Of a stretch of DNA of 64,000 nucleotides, positions 48,402-59,757 are shown in pieces. The stretch covers positions 285,255 to 349,254 of the forward strand of contig CAVRVZ010000014.1 of assembly GCA_963724755.1 (NCBI GenBank), given 5' to 3'. This DNA is from an uncultured Acidobacteriaceae bacterium. Its GTDB lineage: Bacteria > Acidobacteriota > Terriglobia > Terriglobales > Acidobacteriaceae. Every line of letters begins with the position of its first letter. The first letter of the stretch is position 1. A model generated the notes under the pieces. The model saw only the letters and a list, made by a program, of their open reading frames with translations. It was not told where the DNA came from and made no database searches. Made by a program: the position numbers and the translations under genes.

Positions 48402-51147
48402 ATGCAAGCCGAACCGCCCACCTCCGCGCAGACTCTCGACAGTCCCGCCTCCGCCGGCCTGAGCGCCGTCCCGCTCTTTCATGCCGCATGGCTCTTTGCC
48501 GCCGGCATTGCAGCCACTCATTGGATCTGGCTGCGGCCCAGCCTGGTGCTCATCGCTCTGGCGTTGGTCGCCGTGCTCTGCGGCCTGGCGGCATTTCGCG
48601 CGCAGCGCATCGCCTGGTTGCCACTGGCCGTACTTGTGGTTCTTGCTGGGCGCGTGGTGCGGCTGGATGGAGCCGCATCCGGCTCCCGCACCCGCTCTGG
48701 CCGCGCTCTCTGACGGATTGCTGCGCACCGTCGAAGGCACAGTCGTCGATGCCGGCCCGGTCCGCGGCGAGATCGAGCAAAATCTGAACGACCACGATTC
48801 CACCGAACCCTCCGTCACCGCACTCACGCCAGAACCCGCGCAACGAATCGATCTCCGCGTCTCCTCGCTTGAAGTCGTCACCGACGCCGTCGATGCGCAG
48901 GCTCCCGTCGCGGGCGGCGTGCGCCTCACGGTTCGCTGGCCGCGCAATCACGTCAGCCCAATCCGCAGCCCTTCCATTGCGGCGAGCGCATCCGCGCCGT
49001 GGTGCGCCTTTTGCCTCCCGAGGTCTATCACGATCCCGGCGTCTGGAGCCGCGAAGATTTTCTCCTCGATCAGGGCATCACCTCCTCGGCCACCGTGAGC
49101 ATCGATCGCGTCGACCGCCTCGGTCCCACACCCGGCGCTTTCCTCGCCTGCCGAGTCAGCGGCTGGCAGCACGCCTCGAGCGCCCGCCTGCTGGCCCTGC
49201 CCGCCGCCATGCGCCGTCTGCCCGCCCCCTTGCGCCTCAGCCAGGACGACGCCATCATGCTGGCCGCCATGGTCACCGGCGACCGCACCTACCTCACCCA
49301 CTCCCTGCGCGTAGGCTTTGAGCGCACCGGCTCCTTTCACATGCTGGTGGTCTCCGGCTTTCATCTGGCCATCGTCGCCGGATGCATCTTCTGGTTCGCG
49401 CGCCGCCTGCGTCTTCCGCGCGTTCCGGCCACGTTCCTCACCATTTTTGCCTCCTTCGCCTACGCGCTCTTCACCGGATTCGCCACGCCGGTGCAGCGCT
49501 CGCTGTGGATGGTCACGCTCTACCTGCTCGGCCGCCTGCTCTATCGCGAACGCAGCCCGCTGAACACCATCGGCTTTGCCGCGCTCTGCCTGCTGGCCGT
49601 CAGTCCCCGCAGCCTCTTCGACGCCAGCCTGCAAATGACGCTGCTCGCGGTCATCGCCATCGCCGGCGTCGCCGCGCCGCTGCTTCAGGGCACCATCCAC
49701 CCTTATCTCACCGCCACGCGCGACCTCGGCCTCACCGCCATCGACGCCAAACTCGCTCCGCAGTTTGCGCAGTTCCGCACAACGATGCGGATGATCGCCG
49801 TCGATTTGCAGGCAGCGCTGAACGGCCGCATCGCCTGGCAAGTATTTCCCTTTGCCGTGCGCTTCCTGCTCCGCATCATCGAACTGATGGTCGTCTCCTG
49901 CGTGGTGGAGCTGGCCATGACCCTGCCCATGGCCATCTACTTCAATCGCATCACCATCTTTGCCCTGCCGGTGAATCTCTTCATTCTGCCGTTGCTTGTG
50001 GTGCTGATGCCGGCCGCGCTTATTACATTCCTGGTTGCTCTGGTCTGGCCCGGCCGCCGCAGTGGCTGCCGGCCATGTTCATCGCCCTGCCGCTTCACTT
50101 CGGCATCTGGCTGGTGCATCTCTTCGGTTCGTTGGCCTTCGGCGATTTCCGCATTCCCGCGCCGCTTCTTTGGCAATCGGCCGCCTTCTGCGCGCTGCTT
50201 CGGCAGCCATCGTATCGCTCACTAGCCGTTCGTCGCGAACCAGCCCGCTGGCAGCGCCGTGCTTGCCTGGGCAGCTTTATTTCTCGCCGCTCTCTGCGCC
50301 GTTGTCCCGCGCCCCATCCAGCATCCTCGCGACGCGCTGCTCATGGAAGCCATCGACGTAGGCCAGGGCGACTCGCTGCTCCTCATCACCCCCGACGGCA
50401 AAACCCTGCTCGTCGATGGCGGCGGATTCGGCGGCGGCCCGCACCAGGCCCCGCAGGATTTCGATATCGGCGAGGAGGTCGTCTCCCAGGCGCTCTGGTC
50501 GCGCGGCATCCGCCATCTCGACGCGGTCGCCCTCACCCACGCCCACTCCGACCACATGGGCGGCCTGCCCGCCGTTCTGCGCAACTTCCATCCCGCCGAG
50601 TTATGGGTGGGCAACAATCCCCGCTTCGGCGCCTACAACGCACTGCTCAACGAAGCCGCCGATCTCCACGTCCGCATTCGCACTCTTCGCGCCGGCGACG
50701 CGCTCACCTTCGGCAGCACGCAAATCAGCGTCCTCGCGCCCTTCCGCAACTATCAGCCCGGCCCCGAGCCCACCAACAACGACTCGCTGGTTCTGCACAT
50801 GAGCTTACGGCGCAACCTCCGTTATGCTTGAAGGCGATGCCGAAGCCCCCGTCGAGCAAGCCATGCTTGCCGAGCCCGGTCTGCAAAGCACTCTGCTCAA
50901 AGTTGGCCATCACGGCAGCATCACTTCCACGCGCCCCGAGTTCCTGGCCCGCGTAGCCCCGCAGTGGGCCGTCATCTCCTGCGGACTGCACAACCGCTAC
51001 GGCCATCCGCGCCAGGAGGTCTTCGAGGAGTTGCAAGCCGCAAAAGTCCGCACCTACAGCACCGATATCAACGGCGCCGCCTGCTTCCGCCTCGACGGAA
51101 AAACCGTCGTCCCGGAACCCGCCTGCGGAATGCAGCAAGGCCCTTGA
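48402..51147 (+). CDS. comEC: ComEC/Rec2 DNA uptake protein (frameshifted)
   Basis: HMLVVSGFHL, DVGQGDS, THAHSDH, NNDSLV, LLKVGHHGS, NRYGHP. Confidence 0.93.
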
Positions 51148-51217
51148 AGACAATCTTGAATTATGGAGTTAGCTGTATAATTCGCATCTAAGTCAACTCC
51201 CATCCCCGGAGGGTTCA

Positions 51218-52124
51218 ATGTCCATTCGTCCCGTCAAGCGTCTTATCAAATCCAAGCCAACTCTTGAAGGCGCTGGCGTACATCTGCGCCGCGCATTCGG
51301 CTTCGATAACACATCCGAGTTCGATCCGTTCCTTCTGCTCGACGACTTCCGCAACGACGTTCCCGCCGACTATCTGGCCGGCTTCCCCTGGCACCCGCAT
51401 CGCGGCATCGAAACCGTCACTTACGTCCTGGCCGGAACCGTGGAGCACGGCGACAGCATGGGCAACCAGCGGCGTCATCGGCGCGGGAGACGTGCAGTGG
51501 ATGACGGCCGGCAGCGGCATCATCCACCAGGAGATGCCCAAGGGCGACCGCGTCGGCCAGATGCACGGCTTCCAGTTGTGGGCCAATCTTCCCGCGTCGC
51601 AAAAGATGACCGCGCCTCGTTACCAGGAGGTCAAATCGAACGAAATTCCTGAGGTGAAAGACGACGACGGCACCCAGGTCCGCATCGTCTGCGGAAACTT
51701 TTGGGGCAAGACCGGCCCGGTGGACGGAATCGCAACCAACCCGACTTATATCGATGTGACCGTTGCGCCAGGCCGCAGAAAAACGCTGCCGGTGGAAACC
51801 TTGCGCCACGCCTTCGCCTACGTCTTCGCCGGCTCGGGCAAATTCTGCAATGCCTCCGCGCCGCTCGCCGTTCCCACCGAGTCGGTGCAATGGCTCGACA
51901 CGACGCCTCCCATCGTGGCCGATAACCGCTCGCTCATCCTCTTCGACAGCGGCGACGAAGTTACGGTGCAGGCCGGCGACGACGGCATCCGTTTTCTCCT
52001 CGTCTCCGGAAGGCCGCTTCAGGAACCGGTAGCCTGGTACGGCCCCATCGTGATGAATACCCAGGAGCAACTGCAGCAGGCCTTCACCGAACTCAAGCAG
52101 GGAACGTTTTTGAAAGACCAGTGA
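51218..52124 (+). CDS. Pirin family protein (frameshifted)
   Basis: DPFLLLD, HPHRGIETVTY, QWMTAGSGIIHQE, GPIVMNT. Confidence 0.95.
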
Positions 52125-52155
52125 TTTCGGTTTCAATAAATCTGCCGCGCCGGGT

Positions 52156-53635
52156 CTAGGCTGTGTGTAACTTCTTCACCTGGATTGCCTTCTGGCCGTC
52201 AGGCTTCGGTACAAAGATATCCTGCCAGGCGATGCCGCACTGCTTCACCATCTGGATGGGATATTCCAGGCGGCCAAGATTCGCGTCGGCGTTGTTGGTT
52301 CCAAAGGAGAACTTCGCGCCCTTGGCTTTCGCCGCCTTGATAAACGTGGCGCTCGGAATCTTGTAGCGGTTGTTGATCTCGATGGCCACATCGTTCTTCA
52401 CGGCGGCGTCGATGACCTTCGCCATCCGCTCCGGCGTCCAAAGCGCATCGTACTCCGCCTCAAGCTGCTCCGGCAGGAATGTGGCATTCGCATAAATGTC
52501 GATCGGCTCGCGCATCACGCCCTCAATGCGCTTCACATACATTTCCATGAACGCCTGCTTGTCCTTGATTTCGCCAATCTCATCCGCAAGCCAGATTCGC
52601 ATTCGCTTGCCGTTATCGTCGGTGAAGGTCATCGCATCGGTGAAAACATAGTCGAAGCGGGCTATCGATTCAGGCGAGGCCAGGGTCATCCATTCGCGTC
52701 CTTCGCCCTGCATGGCTACGTAGCACGGCTGGCCTTTCATGCTCTCAAGGTAATCGCGCACGCTGTCGTCGCTATGCACGGGAAATCCCAGCCCGCAATT
52801 GATTGCGACGCCATAAAAAATGCCCACCCGGCGCGAGTTCGCGAGTGCCTGCTCGATCGTCAGCCCGCCTTTCAGATGCACGTGATAATCGACCGATCGG
52901 ATAGTTGAAAACAGTCAGGTGCATGATGTCGCGAGTTACCTCGTCGTCCGGTTCTGCATTTGAAGTTTGCGCCAAGTTATCGGCCAGTCGCCGCACGCGA
53001 ATATTCCTGAAGCAGGTCATGCTCTCAGCGCCACTCCCTTCCAGCGCGAACGCGCCATGATCAGAAGGATGCCCATCCGGTTCCAGCGGTTGTGGCCCGA
53101 TATAGTCCACCACCAGCATCCCATTTACTCGCACTTGTATCTGCCTGCCGCGCATCAGAAGGTTGATCTGGAACCACTCGTTGTCTTTCACAAGTTGCTT
53201 GTAGACATTGCGCAGCGCTAGGAGCGAGCCCGTCTTCGCCTGGTTTGTATACCCAGACTTGTTCGGCCCCGTGCCGCTGTTCGCCACCTGCACTTTGAAG
53301 CCTCCCTCCATCAAGTACTGGCGGTTATGTACTGCATGGAAGCATATGCCCGACACCGCTTCCGGCCGCGTCATCGCTTCAACGCTCAACTCAAAGTTTT
53401 TGAAATCGGCGTTGTGCGCTGCGCCCTCGTAGAACAGATGCGCCTGTTCGCCGTGAACCACAATCTGTCCATTCACAACCTTGAATGTGTCCTTGTGTTC
53501 ACCGGCCTTCCATCCATCCAGCGACTTGCCATCGAACAGTGAAACCCACTCTTCGGATTCGTCTCCGAACGCGTAGGCGGCCGCAGGCGCGGCGAGCAAT
53601 AAGGCAATCAGATCCCGGCGTGTGAGTGTCGGCAT
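52156..53635 (-). CDS. DUF1080 (3-keto-disaccharide hydrolase-like) + PHP-like domain protein, Tat signal (frameshifted)
   Basis: TRRDL; SLFDGKSLDGW, FRNIRVR; then DYHVHLKGG, FDYVFTDAMT, AIEINNRY, FGTNN. Confidence 0.8.
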
Positions 53636-53781
53636 AAGTCCTCCCTGGCTGAATGTGAATGAAGCAGTAAGTATAGTCCAGCGCGAACCTCAGGTTCAGT
53701 ACTTCAGGCCACACCGGTGAACGGCACGGCAGGAAAGGTTGAATGGAGAACTTCGGTCATGCTTTTACGAGTCTACGGTAA

Positions 53782-53979
53782 TCAATCTTCGCTCATCTGC
53801 CCGCGCGGAGTATTTTTCAATTCCGGCATTGCGCCTCCCAGCGCCGCCAATCTGCGGCAGCTTTCTCGCTCAATCAAAGACTTCAGAGCCTCCCTTACCA
53901 GAGCTGTTTTCTCAACCACGCCCGTAAACTCCTGGGCAGTTCGCACCAGGTCGTCGTCGAGATCCAGAGTTGTCCTCAT
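53782..53979 (-). CDS. vapB: VapB-type antitoxin (no intact toxin)
   Basis: MRTTLDLDDDL...EKTALVREALKSLIERES.RRLAALGG. Confidence 0.85.
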   Translation of the reverse strand: MRTTLDLDDDLVRTAQEFTGVVEKTALVREALKSLIERESCRRLAALGGAMPELKNTPRGQMSED

Positions 53980-54035
53980 AGGACCTCTATGAATCAAATA
54001 TCGTATTCATCGGATGCCGAAATTATATCTAGAGA

Positions 54036-54170
54036 TCAGAATCTCATCCTGACTCCCACCTGTATCTGTCTCTCCCGATAGAAATTGGTCGCGTTCACAT
54101 TCAGCGGCTGCCTAAAGGCCGTACTGTCGGCCTTCATTCCGGTGAGGATGTTGAGCGTGGGCAGCGATGA
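54036..54170 (-). pseudogene. Detached 3' end of the TonB-dependent receptor-like gene
   Basis: Translates LPTLNILTGMKADSTAFRQPLNVNATNFYRERQIQVGVRMRF*; 76/87 nt identical to 62194..62280. Confidence 0.9.
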
Positions 54171-54344
54171 AGCAAAAGTGATTCATGGAGTAGCCATATC
54201 GGTTTATGTAGACAGTGAATAACTCCTTGCGATAAAAATCAGGGGTAAGCAGCATAACTCGCTATTGAGGCTTTTAATTTTGTAACCGTTTTGGTTCAGA
54301 CCACCTAGGGTGGGGCAGAAACAAAACGGCTTCAACTCAGAAAC

Positions 54345-55433
54345 TTACCGTCTCAAGACTTTGGGAAAGTAGATCCAAAGGTGTCCGCTGTTGTCGTCCT
54401 CGCCGAAGACGATCTCTCCATCGCGTCCGGCAATGGCGGCGCCGAATTGGTACCCGTAGCGACGCTGCTCGATCACCGAAACGGCAACGCCAAGCTTGCT
54501 CATGCTGGCCGAATCCGTATCACAGCAGAATAGGTTTGCCATTTCGTTTCCGCAGAATCCGAAAAGCCTGCCGTCGGCGGTCATGGCCATAGGGCCAACC
54601 GGTGTAAGGTGAGTTTTGCCAATGAAATGGAAATCCTTCTTTCCGTCAAAGGAGTAAAGTCGCCCATCGGCATCGGCAGTATAAAGCAGGCCGGTATGAG
54701 AATCGCGTGTCCACTGGCGCGGACCGGACCAATCTCCCTGCGGAAGCTGGACTGCGGCCCGCTCGAGTTTTCCAGATGCCAGATCGAACCGCCAGAGCCG
54801 CGCGCCGTCATCCACGCCAAAGACGCTATCGCGGCCAACAGCGAGAAAAGCAGCTGCGGGAATCTCCGCAACCACGGTCACTTTTCCCGACTTGACATCC
54901 ATCGTGAACAAATGATGCGTGCTGACGCCGACGATGGTTTCTCGTGAAGGCGCGCGTACCGCGTGCACCATTGCCTCTCCGGAAACGCACTCGCCGAGAT
55001 CAGTGAGAACCTGCCGCTCAAGGAACCACTCTTGAATAAAGTTCTCGGCAAGATCAATCTTTGGTATGGCTACAGCATGGCCTCGTCCCGATACATTTAA
55101 AAATGCAATGGCACGCGAGTCGCCACAACACACGGCTACTGTGCTGGTAGCTCCTGGGATGACCCCAACGTCCAGAACAATCCCGGTAATCCCATGATAG
55201 GCGGCTGCAAACAGGTGGCTCTGGCAGCCGCTTGTTCCGCCGTAAATATGTCCTTGGCTATTTACGTCCAATGCAGTGATGTGGCTCTCTTCGCGAGGGA
55301 TGGGGGTGGTCATGCCCGGCAGGCACATCGGGAATGCGACCATCATGCCTTCGCGAACAAATTGGTGGGCGAGATTGTCGAGATACGCTTTAATCTCCGG
55401 CGAGTTTGGATCGAATCTACCCGTTGTTTGCAT
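54345..55433 (-). CDS. Beta-propeller-like hypothetical protein
   Basis: Intact 362-aa ORF with DG-x-Y/F blade motifs; co-oriented with the upstream gene. Confidence 0.7.
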   Translation of the reverse strand: MQTTGRFDPNSPEIKAYLDNLAHQFVREGMMVAFPMCLPGMTTPIPREESHITALDVNSQGHIYGGTSGCQSHLFAAAYHGITGIVLDVGVIPGATSTVAVCCGDSRAIAFLNVSGRGHAVAIPKIDLAENFIQEWFLERQVLTDLGECVSGEAMVHAVRAPSRETIVGVSTHHLFTMDVKSGKVTVVAEIPAAAFLAVGRDSVFGVDDGARLWRFDLASGKLERAAVQLPQGDWSGPRQWTRDSHTGLLYTADADGRLYSFDGKKDFHFIGKTHLTPVGPMAMTADGRLFGFCGNEMANLFCCDTDSASMSKLGVAVSVIEQRRYGYQFGAAIAGRDGEIVFGEDDNSGHLWIYFPKVLRR

Positions 55434-55445
55434 GGCGATAATCCT

Positions 55446-56789
55446 CTAACCCCACATCCGAATGGGCAAATGTGCATTTGGTTTCTTGCGATCTGCCGGC
55501 ATCGAAACCTTAAAGATCCCAGACGGTCGATTCCCTACGTGTCCAAAAAATAAGTCACCATTATGATCCACCGCTCCGCGCGAAACATAGTGCGCGAGAC
55601 CAGTAGGATGCTTGAGCTCGGAGACTTGCTCTCGTTGGAGGGTCTGCGGATCGAGCCGCCAAACCACGCCTTGATTTTTCCTATCTGCTCCAGGCATCGG
55701 ATTGAATTTGGGATCTCGCCAACGTGAGGCCACGTAATAGAGCTTGCCATCCCCCGCGAAGGTCAGCCCGCCACAGTGGTCCGTGTCCATGTTGATCGGG
55801 AAACTGGTATCGCGCGCCTGTGTCGCCGGCCCAAGATCCTCGACTCGCGGCCATTCGCCTTGGTTCAAAAAGATCCGCATGAGCCGTGGATTTGGGCACC
55901 AAGTGGAAGCGTAGACGCACTCCCGATCCGGCGAGGGCGCAACGTCATAGAAAACGCTGTGCCAGCCGGTCTGATAACCGGAATCGTGCGGCAGCAAAAC
56001 AGGAGAGATCTCCAGACGATCCGTGTCCGGCGTGTACCGCACCAAATGTCCGTAATCGCTGCTGGTCCACACACGATGCCGCTTGTCAAGGAACAGAGCC
56101 TGAGGATTGATGGAGCTGATTCTGCCCAAATCGCGCCGTTTGCGCGTGCGCAGATCATAAATGATGAAATGATCACGCGGGTAGCTCATGGCATAGAGTA
56201 ACCCACGCTCCTCATCATGCAGCAGGCAGCGACAACCTTCCTTTGGGATCAGCGTATCCCACCAGAGAACCTTGTCGTTGTGCGTATCATAAGCCAGCAA
56301 CGCGGAACCGCGAAAGCAGCGTTTCGAGTCGTGCCACGAATACCATGGCGAGTACACGGGCAGATCAAATGGCGGTGCGGAAAGGTGCGTGGCCATGTAG
56401 AGTATCCCGTCATGCATCGATGGCACGAAGCTGTAGTGAATCTTGCATTGTGTTGCCCTACCGGAATCCGGCGGATCCTCGACCTTTTCAGCGAGGTTGA
56501 AGAGGTAATCAAGATTGTCGTGCTGCTCGTTATAGCGGACAACCTTCACCACACCTCCAGGCACGCCTTCGGCGCAAGCCGAAGCATAGATCCGCCCATC
56601 GGGTCCGACCGAGAGTGACCAACACGAATCCGAGTTGGGGTGTCCGTCAAACGGGTACCACTTGGCAGAATACGGTGCAACGTTGTTGGGAGTAACTTCC
56701 GCCTCTGACGCCGGGGCGAGACCTACGGCAAGAGCTCCGCCGCTGATCTTCAAAAAAGTGCGCCGATCAAGTTGATTTTCAAAATACAT
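55446..56789 (-). CDS. Tat-exported beta-propeller-like hypothetical protein
   Basis: DRRTFLK Tat motif; GPDGRIY, TQCKIH, GILYMATH. Confidence 0.75.
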   Translation of the reverse strand: MYFENQLDRRTFLKISGGALAVGLAPASEAEVTPNNVAPYSAKWYPFDGHPNSDSCWSLSVGPDGRIYASACAEGVPGGVVKVVRYNEQHDNLDYLFNLAEKVEDPPDSGRATQCKIHYSFVPSMHDGILYMATHLSAPPFDLPVYSPWYSWHDSKRCFRGSALLAYDTHNDKVLWWDTLIPKEGCRCLLHDEERGLLYAMSYPRDHFIIYDLRTRKRRDLGRISSINPQALFLDKRHRVWTSSDYGHLVRYTPDTDRLEISPVLLPHDSGYQTGWHSVFYDVAPSPDRECVYASTWCPNPRLMRIFLNQGEWPRVEDLGPATQARDTSFPINMDTDHCGGLTFAGDGKLYYVASRWRDPKFNPMPGADRKNQGVVWRLDPQTLQREQVSELKHPTGLAHYVSRGAVDHNGDLFFGHVGNRPSGIFKVSMPADRKKPNAHLPIRMWG

Positions 56790-56842
56790 TGATGTCCTCT
56801 GTCCGGGAAGAAAGACCCCATAAATAACGGAATCATAGCAAA

Positions 56843-56861
56843 CTAGTAAGTATTATACTAG
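56843..56861. promoter_or_regulatory. Palindromic operator overlapping TATAAT -10 box
   Basis: CTAGTA-agtatta-TACTAG; minus strand reads TAGTATAATACTTACTA. Confidence 0.55.
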
Positions 56862-56955
56862 CAAGAACGCTTTAGGCGTTCCTGTTAGTGGCATGGAGGT
56901 AGCAGCGGTCAGCCTCATTGATCCTCCGTCATAAGCGAATCGGCTGAATCTCCGA

Positions 56956-59232
56956 TCATTTTTCTCCCGCCCACCAGAGCCGCATTCCTAACTCGTCGTC
57001 CATCCGATCCGGAAAGCCTATCGGGCGCGGTTGCGGCTGAAACGGGTTGACATAAATGTTGTGTGCTAGAACTTTGCCGTCGGCTGACCATAAATCGAGT
57101 TCCACATTGTAGGTCACACCCTCATTCATGGCAAAGGTGAAATCGCGAATCTTCTGTCCGCTGTCAGGACCTATCCGAACCGGTTGCGAGTCTTCAACGA
57201 CGACTCCGGTCGAAGAAGATGTCACGCGCCAGTGGGCAACGCAGTTCCCCAGGTCAGCCATCGTATCGTTGACCGCATAGAGGGCGAACGGTTTGGTGGT
57301 ATGCTCCATGAAGATCCCAACAGGTTGGTTGCTTTCCATCATCGCCCGCAATCCTCCGCCAAGTCCCTCCGTTTTCGGGACGCCCCAGTAATCGTAGATA
57401 CCGTAGAAACTCTGCGGAGAGAAGTCGATCCACATGAACTGGAAGTATCCGGCATTCGGCGAATGCTTATGGATCCGATAATGCTCGATATAGTATTTCA
57501 GCAGGCGATACTGGTAATTGTGCAATTCAGCAACACGCGGCAACACATCGCTCAAACGCGCTGCGGCTTCGGGGATAGCATGCAGGCTGGAAATAGCCGG
57601 CGGGGCGTCGACGCCGAATTCGGTCACTAACTTCGGTGGGCTTCCATACCCATCTTCTGGGGTTCCGTAGATATCGAAGTACGTGGAATTGCCACCATTA
57701 AGTGAGCCGCGGTAATCATGGGTATCCCCACTCGCGAGATCATTCGAAATCCCGGAATCCTCGATGACGGGCCGCGTTGGATCGAGTTGGTGGGCTTCCG
57801 CAATCAGTTGCGATCCTATGGCCTTCTCATCACTCTTCTTGTGTTCCTTGATAACTTCGAAGTCCTTCTCGCCCCAGGAGACCTCGTTCATCGCGATCCA
57901 GGCAATGACGCTCGGATGATTTCGCAGAAGCTTGACGAGTGTGCCGAAGTGTTGGACAGCCCGCGAGTTAAACTGCGCGTCTGTTGGGAATACCCAATTC
58001 AGATCATTATCTTGAATGACAACGATGCCAACGCGATCGCAGATTTCGTAGAAGTCGGGATTCTCGGTGTGCACGTGCACTCGAAACGCATTAATTCCCG
58101 CTCGAAGGGCTGCTTGTATGTCGCGCTCGTAACGGGCCCGGTTCATATTTGAAAGGTAGAGATCCGGCCAGTAAGTCGCGCCGCGTAGATACACCGGCTT
58201 TCCATTGATGAAGAACCGAGTTTCATCGGCTGTCCGGTGCAGCTCTACGGTTCGCACGCCAAAATTGACTGAAGAACTAAGCTTGATGATACTGGAATGG
58301 TAGATCTCAACTTTGGCCTGATAGAGTGGCTGACTGCCATGGTCCCAAGTGGTCCACAACTTCGGCGCGGAGATGACCGCGGTTTGTTCAAGCGTGTTGG
58401 CTCCTTCCTGAAGGTGAACCGAACGCGTATTCGTCGCCGCGTCCTTCTCCATGTCGTGCAGCCGGACATGCACAACATAATCGACATCAGTCGGAGGACC
58501 ATCATTAAAAACTGTCCACGCAACCTTGACCGACGCTTTCTGCTGATCGCTCGAAAGAGATGTTGTGACATTGGGCAAATCGGTTTCACGCAGCTCATCG
58601 TGAAACACTAGTTCGACGGGCCGCCAGATTCCGATGGGATTGACATCCCTCTGTACGAACGTATCGGCATGCTCGTAGGAGCCTTTGAGTAAATTGCGGA
58701 CAATCGAGTAAACAGGTTCTGCGGGATTAGCATACTGGTGGTCCCAAGGCGACGACACTTCGACCACAAGCACATTTGGCCGATCCTTGCGTAGAAGCGG
58801 CCCCACTTCAAAGCTGAACGGATCGGCGTAGCCCTCGTGTTCTCCGAGCAAGGTGCCGTTCAACCAGACTTTTGCGAAGTAGTCGACTCCTTCGAATCGT
58901 AGGGACGCCAAGCTCGCGGCGTTCGACGTCGAAAACTCCGTGCGATACCACCATGGCGCATCATTGAAATAGCGCAGGTTTCTGCCGAAGTAGGGTTGCG
59001 GCGCCAATAACAGCTGAAGATGCACTAGCCGGTCGATTGGCTGCCAATCTGCGGCAAAGTCGGGTTTATACCATTCTTCAGCTTCGCCAAGCTGGCACAC
59101 ATCCTGTGTGACATGCCAGCCGGTAGTGAGGTCTATTTCACGGTTCTGTGCTTCCGCGTTTGCTATCCAGCCCGAGCTGAGTCCGCTGAACACAATTAAA
59201 GATAACCACAGTAAGTTAGCGGACCACTTCAT
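56956..59232 (-). CDS. Glycoside hydrolase family 2 (beta-mannosidase-like)
   Basis: LRFEGVDYFAKVWLNG, GIWRPV, LRNHPSVIAWIAMNE, TEFG; signal peptide. Confidence 0.88.
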   Translation of the reverse strand: MKWSANLLWLSLIVFSGLSSGWIANAEAQNREIDLTTGWHVTQDVCQLGEAEEWYKPDFAADWQPIDRLVHLQLLLAPQPYFGRNLRYFNDAPWWYRTEFSTSNAASLASLRFEGVDYFAKVWLNGTLLGEHEGYADPFSFEVGPLLRKDRPNVLVVEVSSPWDHQYANPAEPVYSIVRNLLKGSYEHADTFVQRDVNPIGIWRPVELVFHDELRETDLPNVTTSLSSDQQKASVKVAWTVFNDGPPTDVDYVVHVRLHDMEKDAATNTRSVHLQEGANTLEQTAVISAPKLWTTWDHGSQPLYQAKVEIYHSSIIKLSSSVNFGVRTVELHRTADETRFFINGKPVYLRGATYWPDLYLSNMNRARYERDIQAALRAGINAFRVHVHTENPDFYEICDRVGIVVIQDNDLNWVFPTDAQFNSRAVQHFGTLVKLLRNHPSVIAWIAMNEVSWGEKDFEVIKEHKKSDEKAIGSQLIAEAHQLDPTRPVIEDSGISNDLASGDTHDYRGSLNGGNSTYFDIYGTPEDGYGSPPKLVTEFGVDAPPAISSLHAIPEAAARLSDVLPRVAELHNYQYRLLKYYIEHYRIHKHSPNAGYFQFMWIDFSPQSFYGIYDYWGVPKTEGLGGGLRAMMESNQPVGIFMEHTTKPFALYAVNDTMADLGNCVAHWRVTSSSTGVVVEDSQPVRIGPDSGQKIRDFTFAMNEGVTYNVELDLWSADGKVLAHNIYVNPFQPQPRPIGFPDRMDDELGMRLWWAGEK

Positions 59233-59396
59233 TGGATTTCCTTTCCCCCTCGATGCTGAATTGAAGAGCGCCGCCGAACCTCATATTCATGCCGCAAAAC
59301 CTTTCACGATGTTCCCCGGTGCAATGCACATTCGCCGTTGGGTGGTCACAGACGTGTCCATCCCAACCTCGGTCATGCCACGGAAGGCGGATTGAT

Positions 59397-59529
59397 CCGG
59401 AATTTCCATTTTGCCTCTCGGCTGCGAACCAATATACCACCGGTTGCCTCTGCAGGCGATCTTTTTCGCATTCGTTCCAGGGCGAAAGACCTGAGCGGGC
59501 CCAGTAGGGCCTTTGCGGTGACAATAAAA
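59397..59529 (-). mobile_element. Isolated IS1380-type right end (133-bp direct repeat of 61682..61814)
   Basis: 131/133 nt identical to the second copy; terminates in CAAAATGGAAATTCCGG on the minus strand. Confidence 0.8.
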
Positions 59530-59693
59530 GTCTATGCTCATCATTGGATGAAATGACTTATAGCATTACAACTAGTAATAGTCAAATTCTTACTTACCGG
59601 TAGTTTCATTCTCCTCATGGTTGATGGTTGTGAGGGCATCTGGGCGGAGAGCGTAACCCGAAGCACATGAATTATGATGCGATGATTCGAGAG

Positions 59694-59722
59694 GTGATGG
59701 CTTGAAATCGACAAGCCATCAC
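59694..59722 (-). terminator. Stem-loop downstream of the 584-aa gene
   Basis: GTGATGGCTTG-aaatcga-CAAGCCATCAC; no clear U-tract. Confidence 0.45.
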
Positions 59723-59757
59723 TTCCCTGCAATAATGCGTGATAAGTGGAAGTTAGC

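Noticed and set aside
54036-54122. Diversity-generating retroelement template repeat for the receptor C-terminus
   Set aside because: Mismatches are mostly synonymous and not adenine-specific; no reverse transcriptase in the window
59541-59620. Short ORF MKLPVSKNLTITSCNAISHFIQ with GAGGAG RBS next to the IS end
   Set aside because: Too short with no recognisable homology; at most a truncated stub
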